From contig WGDC01000052.1 in NCBI GenBank assembly GCA_015493475.1, positions 11,375-75,374 on the forward strand: a stretch of 64,000 nt of DNA, in the 5' to 3' direction. The translations under genes were made by a program, and so were the position numbers. Below the pieces are notes generated by a model that saw only the letters and a list, made by a program, of their open reading frames with translations, had not been told where the DNA came from and searched no databases. This document shows positions 1 through 9,228 of the stretch, piece by piece. The first letter of the stretch is position 1; every line of letters starts with the position of its first letter. The stretch is from Deltaproteobacteria bacterium. GTDB taxonomy: Bacteria; Desulfobacterota; Dissulfuribacteria; Dissulfuribacterales; QOAL01.

Positions 1-198
1 GTGGAAGGATGCCAGCGCAACCACCGCCACAGCGGGATCTGCGGCCAGGCGCCCTCTGATTATCCAAAAATTGCAGAATATCTCGTGAAACTACGCATCG
101 ATTCCATGAGCCTGAACCCGGACAGCGTACTCAAGACCATTCAGCACGTGGTTTCCCTTGAAACCAGAATGGCAGAAAAGGAGGACGGACATGAGTGA
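1..198 (+). CDS. ppsA: 3' end of phosphoenolpyruvate synthase (TIM-barrel PEP-utilizer C-terminal domain); 5' part lies outside the window
   Basis: Frame open from base 1. HSGICGQAPSDYPKIAEYLVKLRIDSMSLNPDSV matches the conserved PpsA C-terminal signature. Confidence 0.8.
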   Translation: MEGCQRNHRHSGICGQAPSDYPKIAEYLVKLRIDSMSLNPDSVLKTIQHVVSLETRMAEKEDGHE

Positions 199-2671
199 TA
201 CCCAAACCCAGGTCCAAGCCCCTGAAGGCCATCCATTACCCGCCGGGCTGAGCTCAGAGGAGGCCAGCCAAAGGCTCAAGGAATATGGTCCAAACGCGCT
301 TGAGGAGAAGAAGGTCTCACCCCTGATCAAGCTTCTCGGCTATTTCTGGGGACCTATCCCCTGGATGATCGAGGTAGCAGCTTTGCTGTCGGCCATGGTC
401 CATCACTGGCCGGACTTCTGTATAATCGTGGCCCTTTTGATCTTCAATGCGGCAGTGGGCTTCTGGCAAGAGTACACTGCCGGCAACGCGGTAGAGGCAC
501 TCAAGAAACAGCTCGCCATGAAGGCAAGGGTCCTGAGGGATGGCAAGTGGCAGGAAATAGACGCAAAGCTCCTTGTACCGGGTGATATAGTACGCATCCG
601 GCTCGGTGACGTGGTTCCCGCCGATGTCAGGATAGTTCAGGGAGACTACCTGAGCGTGGACCAAAGCGCCCTGACAGGCGAATCTCTACCTGTTACAAAA
701 CGCATGGGAGACGCCGCCTTTTCCGGAACCGTGGTCAAGCAGGGAGAGGTGGTTGCCGAGGTAGTGGCCACCGGCAAGAACACCCGCTTCGGCAAGACTG
801 CCGGGCTTGTTGAGCAGGCCAAGACGGTCTCCCACTTCCAAAAGGCCGTCCTCGCAATTGGGGACTATTTAATCTACGTGAGCCTAGCCCTCGTGGCTGT
901 TCTTGTCCTCGTGCAGCTTAACCGGGACGCGCCGTGGCTCGGTCTGGTTCAGTTCGCCCTCATCCTGACCGTGGCTTCCATCCCGGTCGCCATGCCAGCC
1001 GTGCTTTCCATGACCATGGCGGTGGGGGCCGTAGCCCTTTCGAGGATGAAGGCCATAGTAACCCGCCTCGAGTCAATCGAGGAGATGGCTAGCATGGACA
1101 TCCTGTGCTCGGACAAGACCGGAACGCTCACCGAGAACCGCCTCACCCTCGGCGATATAGAGCTCTTTGAGGCCTCTGACAGCCAGGAAGTCCTAATAGC
1201 GGCAGCCCTTGCTTCGAGAGAGGAGGACAGGGACGCCATAGACCAGGCTGTACTCCAGGGCCTCGGAGACAGGGAGGTCCTCAAGGAATACGAGCAGGTA
1301 GCCTTCGTACCCTTCGACCCGGTACACAAACGCACGGAAGCCACCGTAAGGGACCCCTCGGGAAAGACCTTCCGGGTAACAAAGGGCGCCCCGCAGGTAA
1401 TCATGGCCCTGTCGAAACTTGAGGACGACGACAGGAAACGGGCCGAACAAGTAGTGAACGCCTTTGCCGAGCGGGGCTACCGGGCACTTGGGGTCGCACG
1501 GAAGGAGCCGGGAGAGAAAAAATGGACATTTCTCGGCATACTGTCGCTGTTCGATCCGCCGCGGGAGGATTCGGCCGAGACCATAGCAAGGGCCAGGGCC
1601 TACGGGGTGGATGTCAAGATGGTTACGGGCGACAACCTTGCAATTGCAAGGCAGATTGCCTCGAAACTTGGTCTCGGCACGAACATCCTGAGGGCAGACG
1701 CCCTGCCCACCAAGGACAGCGGGGCCATGACGACACTCCACCTTAACGAACAGGTAGAAAAGGCGGACGGTTTCGCAGAGGTCTTTCCTGAACACAAGTT
1801 CGCCATAGTAAAAATCCTGCAGAAGAGGAACCACATAACCGGCATGACAGGTGACGGGGTAAACGACGCCCCGGCCCTCAAACAGGCCGACGTGGGCATA
1901 GCGGTAAGCGGAGCCACCGATGCAGCCCGGGCCGCTGCCGACCTGGTACTGACCGCTCCAGGGCTCTCTGTCATTATCCGCGCCATCGAAGAGGCAAGGC
2001 GTATCTTCGAACGCATGAACAGTTATGCCATTTACCGCATAAGCGAGACCATCCGCATCATGTTTTTCGTCGTTCTCGCCATGATCTTCTTTAACTTCTA
2101 TCCCATCACCGCCATCATGATCATCCTGCTCGCCTTCCTTAACGACGTACCTATCATGACCATCGCCTATGACCATACAGGGCTGGCCAAACAGCCAGTG
2201 CGCTGGGACATGGGCCAGGTGATCACCGTGGCCACTTCCATGGGAATCGTGGGACTCCTTGGCAGCTTTGGTATGCTGTTGCTTGCCATAGACTGGCTGC
2301 ATCTCAGCATTGCACAGGTTCAGACCTACGTGTTTCTCAAGATGGCCGTTGCCGGGCACCTTGTGCTTTTCGTAGCCCGCACGAGGGGACACTTCTGGAA
2401 AAGGCCCTGGCCTGCTCCTATCATGGTTTGGTCGGCCATTATCACCAAGGCGGCCGCGACCGTGCTGGCAGTTTACGGTTTCGGGCTAATCACCCCGATA
2501 AGCTGGCAGGACGTGGGCCTGATTTGGGGTTATTCAATCGGCTCTGCCCTAGTCACGGACATTGTAAAGGTAGAGGTTTTCAAGCACCTTGAGAACCGTG
2601 TTGGGCGGCACCGCACCTTCCTCAAGCAGGTCAAAAGCCAGCTTGTCCATCACCACCAGACAAGAGGATAA
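191..2671 (+). CDS. P-type ATPase, type III (plasma-membrane H+-ATPase-like; Mg2+ type not excluded)
   Basis: CSDKTGTLTENRLT phosphorylation motif, MVTGDNLAIA, GMTGDGVNDAPALKQADVGIAV, and N-terminal LSSEEASQRLKEYGPNALEEKK. AAGGAGG at 178-184 sits 6 nt before ATG 191, so I prefer this start over the track start at 158. Confidence 0.85.
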   Translation: MSDTQTQVQAPEGHPLPAGLSSEEASQRLKEYGPNALEEKKVSPLIKLLGYFWGPIPWMIEVAALLSAMVHHWPDFCIIVALLIFNAAVGFWQEYTAGNAVEALKKQLAMKARVLRDGKWQEIDAKLLVPGDIVRIRLGDVVPADVRIVQGDYLSVDQSALTGESLPVTKRMGDAAFSGTVVKQGEVVAEVVATGKNTRFGKTAGLVEQAKTVSHFQKAVLAIGDYLIYVSLALVAVLVLVQLNRDAPWLGLVQFALILTVASIPVAMPAVLSMTMAVGAVALSRMKAIVTRLESIEEMASMDILCSDKTGTLTENRLTLGDIELFEASDSQEVLIAAALASREEDRDAIDQAVLQGLGDREVLKEYEQVAFVPFDPVHKRTEATVRDPSGKTFRVTKGAPQVIMALSKLEDDDRKRAEQVVNAFAERGYRALGVARKEPGEKKWTFLGILSLFDPPREDSAETIARARAYGVDVKMVTGDNLAIARQIASKLGLGTNILRADALPTKDSGAMTTLHLNEQVEKADGFAEVFPEHKFAIVKILQKRNHITGMTGDGVNDAPALKQADVGIAVSGATDAARAAADLVLTAPGLSVIIRAIEEARRIFERMNSYAIYRISETIRIMFFVVLAMIFFNFYPITAIMIILLAFLNDVPIMTIAYDHTGLAKQPVRWDMGQVITVATSMGIVGLLGSFGMLLLAIDWLHLSIAQVQTYVFLKMAVAGHLVLFVARTRGHFWKRPWPAPIMVWSAIITKAAATVLAVYGFGLITPISWQDVGLIWGYSIGSALVTDIVKVEVFKHLENRVGRHRTFLKQVKSQLVHHHQTRG

Positions 2672-2678
2672 AAGACAG

Positions 2679-2705
2679 GCGCACCCTGGACGAACCTGGG
2701 TGCGC
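2679..2705. terminator. GC-rich hairpin between the convergent ATPase and kup genes
   Basis: GCGCACCC (2679-2686) pairs with GGGTGCGC (2698-2705) around an 11-nt loop. A short T-run follows only in the minus-strand sense. Confidence 0.4.
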
Positions 2706-2711
2706 ACATTC

Positions 2712-4649
2712 CTATATCTCCACCTTGGCCCCTATCTCTATTACCCGGTCAGATGGTATGGCAAAAAAGGAGCTCACGTCCACAGAATTCCTGGAGAGAA
2801 ATACAAATAGGCTAGACCGCCACTTGCTCATTTTTGGCCTGTCGCTTATGCCCACATTTTCCCGCCCGAGGAAAAAGCTTGCCTCCCTCGTTTCCACCTT
2901 CAGTCCCCGCTCCCGAGCAAGGCTGAAAATTGTGTTTACATTTGGTTCTTCGATAAAACCGTAATGTGCTATAATTCTGTAAACACCTGAACCGAGCTTT
3001 TCTGTCTCGATCTTCTCGAAATTCGGCACTCTCGCTATTTCCTCCGTACGGATATTAAGGAAGATTACCTTTGAGTGAAGTATCTTGTTGTGCTGGATGT
3101 TGTGTACAAGGGCCGCAGGGACAATATCATGGCTCCTCGTCAGGAAAACCGCTGTGCCTTTTACACGCCTTGGAGGATTTTCCCGGAGCATTTCCTGAAA
3201 CTTTTCAAGCCTTGGGGTCAGTCTCCTCATCTTGTTCCGCAGGATTTCGCTGCCATCCTGATAGGTCAACATTACGGAAAAAATCGCCGCTCCGACAGCT
3301 AAGGGAAACCAAGCCCCGTGAGAGATCTTGGTGAGGTTGGCAAGGAAAAAGGGTGTCTCGACAATATAGAAAATGCAGGTAAGAAGCATGGCCACCATGA
3401 AATTCCACCCCCACTTTTTCCGCGTCACTACAAAGAAGAGGGTAGTAGTTATCAGCATTGTCACGGTTACAGCCATTCCATAGGCGGCAGCTATCTTGCT
3501 AGAAGTACGAAAGCCCACGACAAGGGAAATGGCACATATCATCAAGAGATAGTTTACCGGTGCAATGTATATCTGGCCCATGTGCCATGCCGACGTATGC
3601 CTTACCCTCAAACGAGGCAGGTAACCAAGCTTAATCGCCTGCTCCGTCAAAGAAAAGGCACCGGTAATCACTGCTTGGGAGGCGATAATCGTGGCAACCG
3701 TTGCAAGTATTACCATTGGAACCATGGCCCCGGCCGGTACAAGGGCATAAAAAGGATGATGTGACATGTCCGGCCTTACAAGCAGAACAGCGCCCTGACC
3801 GAAATAATTCAGGACCAGGGCGGGAAATACCAGTCCAACCCATGCCAAGCGGATGGGCGCCTTCCCGAAGTGGCCTAAATCAGCATAAAGGGCTTCCGCC
3901 CCGGTAACCACAAGGAATACAGCGCCAAGAACCACTAAACCAGCCATCTTGTTGCGAACTAAGAAGCCTATGCCGTACCACGGGAAAACAGCAGCGAGTA
4001 TTTTCGGATCGCGCGCTATTTGCGCAGCCCCAAGGAAAGATAGGGATAAGAACCATATCAGGATAACCGGTCCGAAGAGCTTGCCCACCCTCGCCGTTCC
4101 GCGCCTCTGCAGAACAAACAACCCCCCGAGGATAGCAATGGTCACGGGAATGACGTAGGGTTTTAAAGAGGGAGTTATTATCCGGATACCCTCCACAGCA
4201 CTGAGTACAGATATGGCTGGGGTTATCATGCCGTCCCCGTACAACAAGCATGCTCCGAAGAGGCCTATGGCCACCAACCCAAACCGGCGCCTTTTCCTTT
4301 TTGGCGTGGACTGTTTCAGGAGGCCGGTCAGGGCGATGACCCCACCCTCCCCGCGATTGTCGGCCATAAGGACAAAGGTCAGGTACTTGATTGTGACTAC
4401 CAAAAGAAGAGCCCAAAACATCAGCGAAAGTACGCCAAGAACGTTCCCACGGCTTACCGCGATTGCGTACTTACCGTGAAAGCACTCCCGCAAGGCGTAA
4501 AGAGGGCTCGTTCCTATGTCGCCATAAACTACCCCGAGGGCTGCAAGGGCTAATCCTGGAAGGCTTGATCCGGCTGCCTTTTGCCGGTTCCGGTTTCCGG
4601 CAAGGCGCTCAACAATATTTTTAATAATACCTTCAAAAAAACTTGCCAT
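2712..4649 (-). CDS. kup: KUP/HAK/KT family potassium uptake transporter
   Basis: LAALGVVYGDIGTSPLYALRECF signature, polytopic membrane body and cytoplasmic C-terminal domain. Confidence 0.9.
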   Translation of the reverse strand: MASFFEGIIKNIVERLAGNRNRQKAAGSSLPGLALAALGVVYGDIGTSPLYALRECFHGKYAIAVSRGNVLGVLSLMFWALLLVVTIKYLTFVLMADNRGEGGVIALTGLLKQSTPKRKRRRFGLVAIGLFGACLLYGDGMITPAISVLSAVEGIRIITPSLKPYVIPVTIAILGGLFVLQRRGTARVGKLFGPVILIWFLSLSFLGAAQIARDPKILAAVFPWYGIGFLVRNKMAGLVVLGAVFLVVTGAEALYADLGHFGKAPIRLAWVGLVFPALVLNYFGQGAVLLVRPDMSHHPFYALVPAGAMVPMVILATVATIIASQAVITGAFSLTEQAIKLGYLPRLRVRHTSAWHMGQIYIAPVNYLLMICAISLVVGFRTSSKIAAAYGMAVTVTMLITTTLFFVVTRKKWGWNFMVAMLLTCIFYIVETPFFLANLTKISHGAWFPLAVGAAIFSVMLTYQDGSEILRNKMRRLTPRLEKFQEMLRENPPRRVKGTAVFLTRSHDIVPAALVHNIQHNKILHSKVIFLNIRTEEIARVPNFEKIETEKLGSGVYRIIAHYGFIEEPNVNTIFSLARERGLKVETREASFFLGRENVGISDRPKMSKWRSSLFVFLSRNSVDVSSFFAIPSDRVIEIGAKVEI

Positions 4650-4946
4650 TTGGTTTTCAGCCTGATTTCAAGAATCCGTCCCTGATGCTGCAACAACCTG
4701 ATAAATTCATAAGGGAGGTACCATGGTCATTGAAGCGTGATACCAAATTCCAAAAAACTAATCAAGGAAAGGGCTCTTTGCAGAGAGGAGCAGAATGGTT
4801 AAATTCTCATTCAGGTATTCCGTCCCATGGGGTGTCTATGCACCATCTCTCACGAAGTGGGATAATAGCCCAAGACAGTGTACTTATTTCAAGACCTGCC
4901 AAGGGGGCGGAGCAAAGCCATTCGGCATTTCGCTGGAGACAAAGCC

Positions 4947-7900
4947 ATGCCTGGTGAAAAGAAGGAAAAATTGCTTTTTGGTCTTGACGTCGGATCCACC
5001 ACGGTAAAAATAGCCATCCTTGACCCTGATTACCATTTGCTCTTCCAGGGCAGAACCCGGACAAGTGGGCGGCCCCTTTCCGCCACCCTCGAACTTTTCA
5101 ATTCGCTTGACCCTAATCTTTCTCCACGGAAGGGATCGAGGCTCGCAGTAACCGGCACAGGCGGAAAACTCGTTGGCGGAATCCTCGGAGGCTTCTTCGT
5201 AAACGAAATTATTGCCCATACCACTGCGGCCTTGGCCCAATTTCCGGGCGCACGCACGCTTCTCGACATGGGAGGCCAGGACACCAAGCTGGTGCTTTTA
5301 AGGCCTGACAATAAGGGTAGAATCCGTGTCGAAGATTTCAGCCTGAACACCCTTTGCGCGGCCGGCACCGGGGCATTCCTTGACCAGCAGGCGGCAAGGC
5401 TCGGACTCACCATAGAAGAATTCAGCACCATAGCACAGCGTTCTATATCCCCGGCCACTCTCGCGGGCCGGTGCACCGTGTTCGCAAAGAGCGACATGAT
5501 TCATCTTCAGCAAGCGGCGATTCCGGACTGCGACATTGTGGCCGGACTTTGCCTGGCCCTTGTCCGTAACCTCAAGGCTACCCTTGCACGAGGAAAGGAA
5601 ATAATGGCTCCCATGATCTTCCAGGGCGGCGTGGCGGAAAACTACGGCGTCAGGACGGCCCTGAAAAAGGTATTCAGGCTTGGGGAAAATGAGCTTTTGA
5701 TTCCTGACAATTTCCGGACCATGGGCGCAATAGGAGCGGTTTTGAACGCACGTGACCAAAAGGCGTTAAGACCGTGTTTCAAGGGCCTCGAAGCACTCGA
5801 AAAATTTATTGCAAAAAGGCCCGTAACGGTAAAGAGACTGAAACCGCTCAGCCATTCCAGAGGCAGTGGAAAGATACAAGCTGGTAAATGGAACCACACA
5901 CCCGCCGGTGGCATAAGGGGTAAAATCCTCATTGGCATTGATGTCGGCTCAATAAGTACGAAGATGGTGGCTGCTGACATGGGGGGGAGGATACTTGTCC
6001 ACTATTACGGTAAGACCGCCGGCAAACCACTTGAAGCCTTGAAAACAGGACTTGGAATACTCGAAGCGGCAGTTTCCGGACCCTACGAGGTAATTTCTGT
6101 TGGGACTACAGGCTCCGGAAGGTACCTTGCCGGTGACTTTGTTGGGGCAGACACCTGCGTCAACGAGATTACCGCGCAGGCACGGGCGGCCATGGCCATT
6201 GATCCCGAGGTCGACACCATATTCGAAATCGGCGGGCAGGATTCAAAGTATATACGGATCAAGAACGGGGCCGTGGTGGACTTCATGATGAACCGGGCCT
6301 GCGCAGCAGGAACCGGCTCTTTTCTCGAAGAGCAAGCGGAAAGGCTCGGCCTGAGGATAGGACAATTCGGAAACATTGCGCTCTCTTCAAAAAAGCCGGT
6401 AAAAATGGGGGAAAGGTGCACGGTTTTCATGGAATCCGACCTTGTCCACTACCTCCAGCAGGGAGTGGACATCCCGGACCTGACAGCCGGCCTGTGCTAC
6501 AGTATCGTTCACAATTACCTCAATAAGGTAGTGGAGGGACGGCCGATAGGAGCAAAGGTCTTCTATCAGGGAGCAACTGCCCTGAATCCAGGCATCGTAG
6601 CCGCCTTTGAAACGGTCCTTGGCAGAAAGGTAATCGTGCCTGCCTTCTGCAATCTGACCGGCGCCCTTGGTGCAGCGATAATCGCAGGCGAAAGAAGCAG
6701 CAGCGAAAGCAGATTCAGGGGCTTCGAGGTCTCGAGGGTACCTTACGAGATCAAGTCCTTCGGGTGCAAGGCATGCTCTAACAGGTGCACCATAAGCAGG
6801 TTAAAAATACTGGGCAGAAAACCCGTCTTTTACGGCGGCAGGTGCGAGCGTTTCGAGACCTCGTCAGGGAAAAGGCCTCAAACCAAACTCCCCGACCTTG
6901 TCTCCATGAGACAGGAAAGACTCCTGGCCTATTGCCGGGAAGAGAGGCAGAAGACAGAAAAGGCTCCAAGGGGCACCATAGGCATACCATACTGCCTCGT
7001 ACTCCAGGAATGGCTGCCCCTCCTGTCTGTCTTCCTAAAGGAGCTTGGCTACGCCCCCGTAATATCTCCTCCAACGAGCCGGCGGATAATACGCAAGGGC
7101 ATTGAACAGATGGTTAACGAACCATGTTTCCCTGTAAAAACCGCCCACGGCCATGTACTATCCCTCTTGGAAGCTGGCATCAAGCGTATATTTCTCCCAT
7201 CCCTTATCGATTTTCCAAGCATTCGGGGCATGAAGCCCGGGCAATCGTGCCCCTATGTCCAGAGCTTGCCCTTTACCGTGCAGGCGGCCATTGACCTGAA
7301 ACGTTACGGCGCGGCCCTCCTGAGCGTTCCTCTTAGGCTTGGGCAAGGTAAGGGGGAGGACACGGCAACCGTGCTTAGGCTTTCCAGGGCACTCAAGGCC
7401 CCTCCCTGGCAGGTAAAAGGGGCGTGGAAGACCGCATGGAAGGAGCAGGAGAGGTTCAACGCGGAGTCCGTAAGGATAGGACGGGAGGCGATAAAAAACC
7501 TGCCCGGCGGTTCAAGGGCGGTCCTGCTCGTGGGCAGGCCGTACAACGCTCTTGATCCCGGCGCGAACCTCGAGATACACAAAAAGCTGCTGCGTCTTGG
7601 AGTCCTTCCCGTACCCATGGATCATGTGGACATAGACAGGTACATGCACAAGGTCCCTTCCATGGCATCAATGTACTGGAGATATGGCCAGCGCATCCTG
7701 TCGGCTGCCGCCATGTGTGCTGAAAATCCCGGCCTTAGGGCCATTTACGTTACGAATTTCGGCTGCGGCCCCGATTCTTTCCTGCTTCACAAATTTCAAG
7801 ACATAATTGGGGACAACCCCTTCCTCGAACTCGAAATAGACGAACACTCCGCAGATGCGGGCATACTCACGAGAATAGAGGCCTTCCTTGACACCTCTCC

Positions 7901-9167
7901 GTCATACAGCAGCCCTGCGAAATCGTCGAGGTCTGTGGGAACAAGTATCAATACCCGCCCTGGAAGGGAGAGGACCATTTTCATACCTGCCATGTCAGAC
8001 CATGTCCATGCCGTGGCAGCTGCCATGAGGGCCTGCGGCGTAAAGGCTGAAGTACTGCCACCTACCGACGACAAAAGCCTCTCCGTCGGCCTGGAGCATA
8101 CGAGCGGCAAGGAATGCTATCCTGCAATCCTAACTACCGGCGACCTTGTAAAGATGACCAACCTACCTGGCTTTTCACCAGACCGGGCTGCCTTTTTCAT
8201 GCCATGCGGACAGGGGCCCTGCCGATTCGGACAGTACCCTTCCCTGCACAGGAAGGTGCTTGACAACCTTGGCCTGGAACAGGTGCCCATTGTGAGCTTC
8301 AACCAAGACATCATGCTCTATTCCGAGCTGTCCTCCATTGGAAAGGACTTTTCTCGCCTGGCCTGGCAAGGTGTCGTGGCCATTGACCTCATAGACAGGC
8401 TTGCAAGGCATATCAGGCCATGTGCCCACGAAAGAGACGCGGTCGAAAGACTTTACAGGCATGGAATAGATGAGGTGATAGGGGCGATTTCCCGCAAGAA
8501 AGACCTTGTCCCAGTTCTTCAAAGGCTGCGCCTGCTCTTTGACAAGGTTGACATAAATGCTTTGCGCCAGCTGCCTTCCATAGGAGTAGTGGGCGAAATA
8601 TATACGAGGGCCAACCCCCAGGCCAACGCCAACCTGGTGGAGGAACTTGAACGTATCGGAGCCAGGGTCCTCCTTCCGTCCATGAGCGAGTGGATACTTT
8701 ACAATAACTTCATGGCCACAAGAAGGGCGAGACGCAAGGGCGAGTGGAAGGAGTTTGCAAGGCTGCAAATGGAAAATATGGTGCAAATTCACGATCTCAG
8801 ACGCTTGGAATCCGCAATAGGCCCCATCTCCGGAGACAGGGAATCTCTTACGAAAGACATACTAAAAATGGCCAGGCCCTTTGTTACGGACGAGTTCGAG
8901 GGAGAGACTATCCTCAGCGTCGGCAAGGCAGTGGAATTCATCAGGCACGGTGTATCCGGGATCATAAACGTCATGCCGCTTGCCTGCATGCCGGGAACCA
9001 TTGTGAACGCCCTGCTTAAAAGGGTAAGGGAAGAGATAGGCAACAGGCCGTTTCTTCCCCTTCCGTGCGATGGTCAGCAGGCCACCCTGAGATCTCTCAG
9101 GCTCGAGGCGTTCATACACCAGGCGAAAGAAATGGGGGCACTGCCGAGGGAACAGCCTGAATTTTAG
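4947..9167 (+). CDS. Fused BCR/HAD-family protein: two BcrAD/BadFG (HgdC-like) activase ATPase domains plus a Cys-rich linker and C-terminal DUF2229/HgdB-like domains
   Basis: Two copies of GxDVGS(T/I)..K, (L/M)N..CAAGTG.FL and (R)CTVF(A/M)(K/E)SD. Linker FGCKACSNRCTISR..GGRCERFE. C-terminal NFGCGPDSF and MPLACMPGT. Start placed at ATG 4947 (MPGEKKEKLLFGLDVGSTT). Confidence 0.75.
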   Translation: MPGEKKEKLLFGLDVGSTTVKIAILDPDYHLLFQGRTRTSGRPLSATLELFNSLDPNLSPRKGSRLAVTGTGGKLVGGILGGFFVNEIIAHTTAALAQFPGARTLLDMGGQDTKLVLLRPDNKGRIRVEDFSLNTLCAAGTGAFLDQQAARLGLTIEEFSTIAQRSISPATLAGRCTVFAKSDMIHLQQAAIPDCDIVAGLCLALVRNLKATLARGKEIMAPMIFQGGVAENYGVRTALKKVFRLGENELLIPDNFRTMGAIGAVLNARDQKALRPCFKGLEALEKFIAKRPVTVKRLKPLSHSRGSGKIQAGKWNHTPAGGIRGKILIGIDVGSISTKMVAADMGGRILVHYYGKTAGKPLEALKTGLGILEAAVSGPYEVISVGTTGSGRYLAGDFVGADTCVNEITAQARAAMAIDPEVDTIFEIGGQDSKYIRIKNGAVVDFMMNRACAAGTGSFLEEQAERLGLRIGQFGNIALSSKKPVKMGERCTVFMESDLVHYLQQGVDIPDLTAGLCYSIVHNYLNKVVEGRPIGAKVFYQGATALNPGIVAAFETVLGRKVIVPAFCNLTGALGAAIIAGERSSSESRFRGFEVSRVPYEIKSFGCKACSNRCTISRLKILGRKPVFYGGRCERFETSSGKRPQTKLPDLVSMRQERLLAYCREERQKTEKAPRGTIGIPYCLVLQEWLPLLSVFLKELGYAPVISPPTSRRIIRKGIEQMVNEPCFPVKTAHGHVLSLLEAGIKRIFLPSLIDFPSIRGMKPGQSCPYVQSLPFTVQAAIDLKRYGAALLSVPLRLGQGKGEDTATVLRLSRALKAPPWQVKGAWKTAWKEQERFNAESVRIGREAIKNLPGGSRAVLLVGRPYNALDPGANLEIHKKLLRLGVLPVPMDHVDIDRYMHKVPSMASMYWRYGQRILSAAAMCAENPGLRAIYVTNFGCGPDSFLLHKFQDIIGDNPFLELEIDEHSADAGILTRIEAFLDTSPSYSSPAKSSRSVGTSINTRPGRERTIFIPAMSDHVHAVAAAMRACGVKAEVLPPTDDKSLSVGLEHTSGKECYPAILTTGDLVKMTNLPGFSPDRAAFFMPCGQGPCRFGQYPSLHRKVLDNLGLEQVPIVSFNQDIMLYSELSSIGKDFSRLAWQGVVAIDLIDRLARHIRPCAHERDAVERLYRHGIDEVIGAISRKKDLVPVLQRLRLLFDKVDINALRQLPSIGVVGEIYTRANPQANANLVEELERIGARVLLPSMSEWILYNNFMATRRARRKGEWKEFARLQMENMVQIHDLRRLESAIGPISGDRESLTKDILKMARPFVTDEFEGETILSVGKAVEFIRHGVSGIINVMPLACMPGTIVNALLKRVREEIGNRPFLPLPCDGQQATLRSLRLEAFIHQAKEMGALPREQPEF

Positions 9168-9228
9168 CCGTCAGGCAGTTTATGAAGAACAACACGTAAA
9201 CATCCCTGGTCCGGTTCAGGATTCGTTT

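Noticed and set aside
1193-2392. Very long antisense ORFs opposite well-supported genes: 399 aa at 1193-2392 (-), 329 aa at 26963-27952 (+), 323 aa at 36641-37612 (+), 246 aa at 40654-41394 (+), 269 aa at 50247-51056 (-) and 289 aa at 55534-56403 (+).
   Set aside because: Each lies wholly inside a gene whose own frame carries unmistakable family motifs (P-type ATPase, IF-2, FliF/FliG, sigma54 activator, and the two mutually homologous dikinase paralogues). The antisense translations are low-complexity or compositionally odd (His/Gly/Cys/Trp-rich) and have no recognisable motifs or start signals. This is the expected by-product of codon bias.
4650-4946. Looked for a c-di-AMP (ydaO/kimA-type) riboswitch or a sigma54 promoter in the 297-bp divergent region between kup and the BCR/HAD gene.
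   Set aside because: There are no ACGGGGUGAAUC or CCGACAGCUAACCUCGUAAGCG-type blocks on the kup strand. No TGGCAC-N5-TTGC match exists on either strand.
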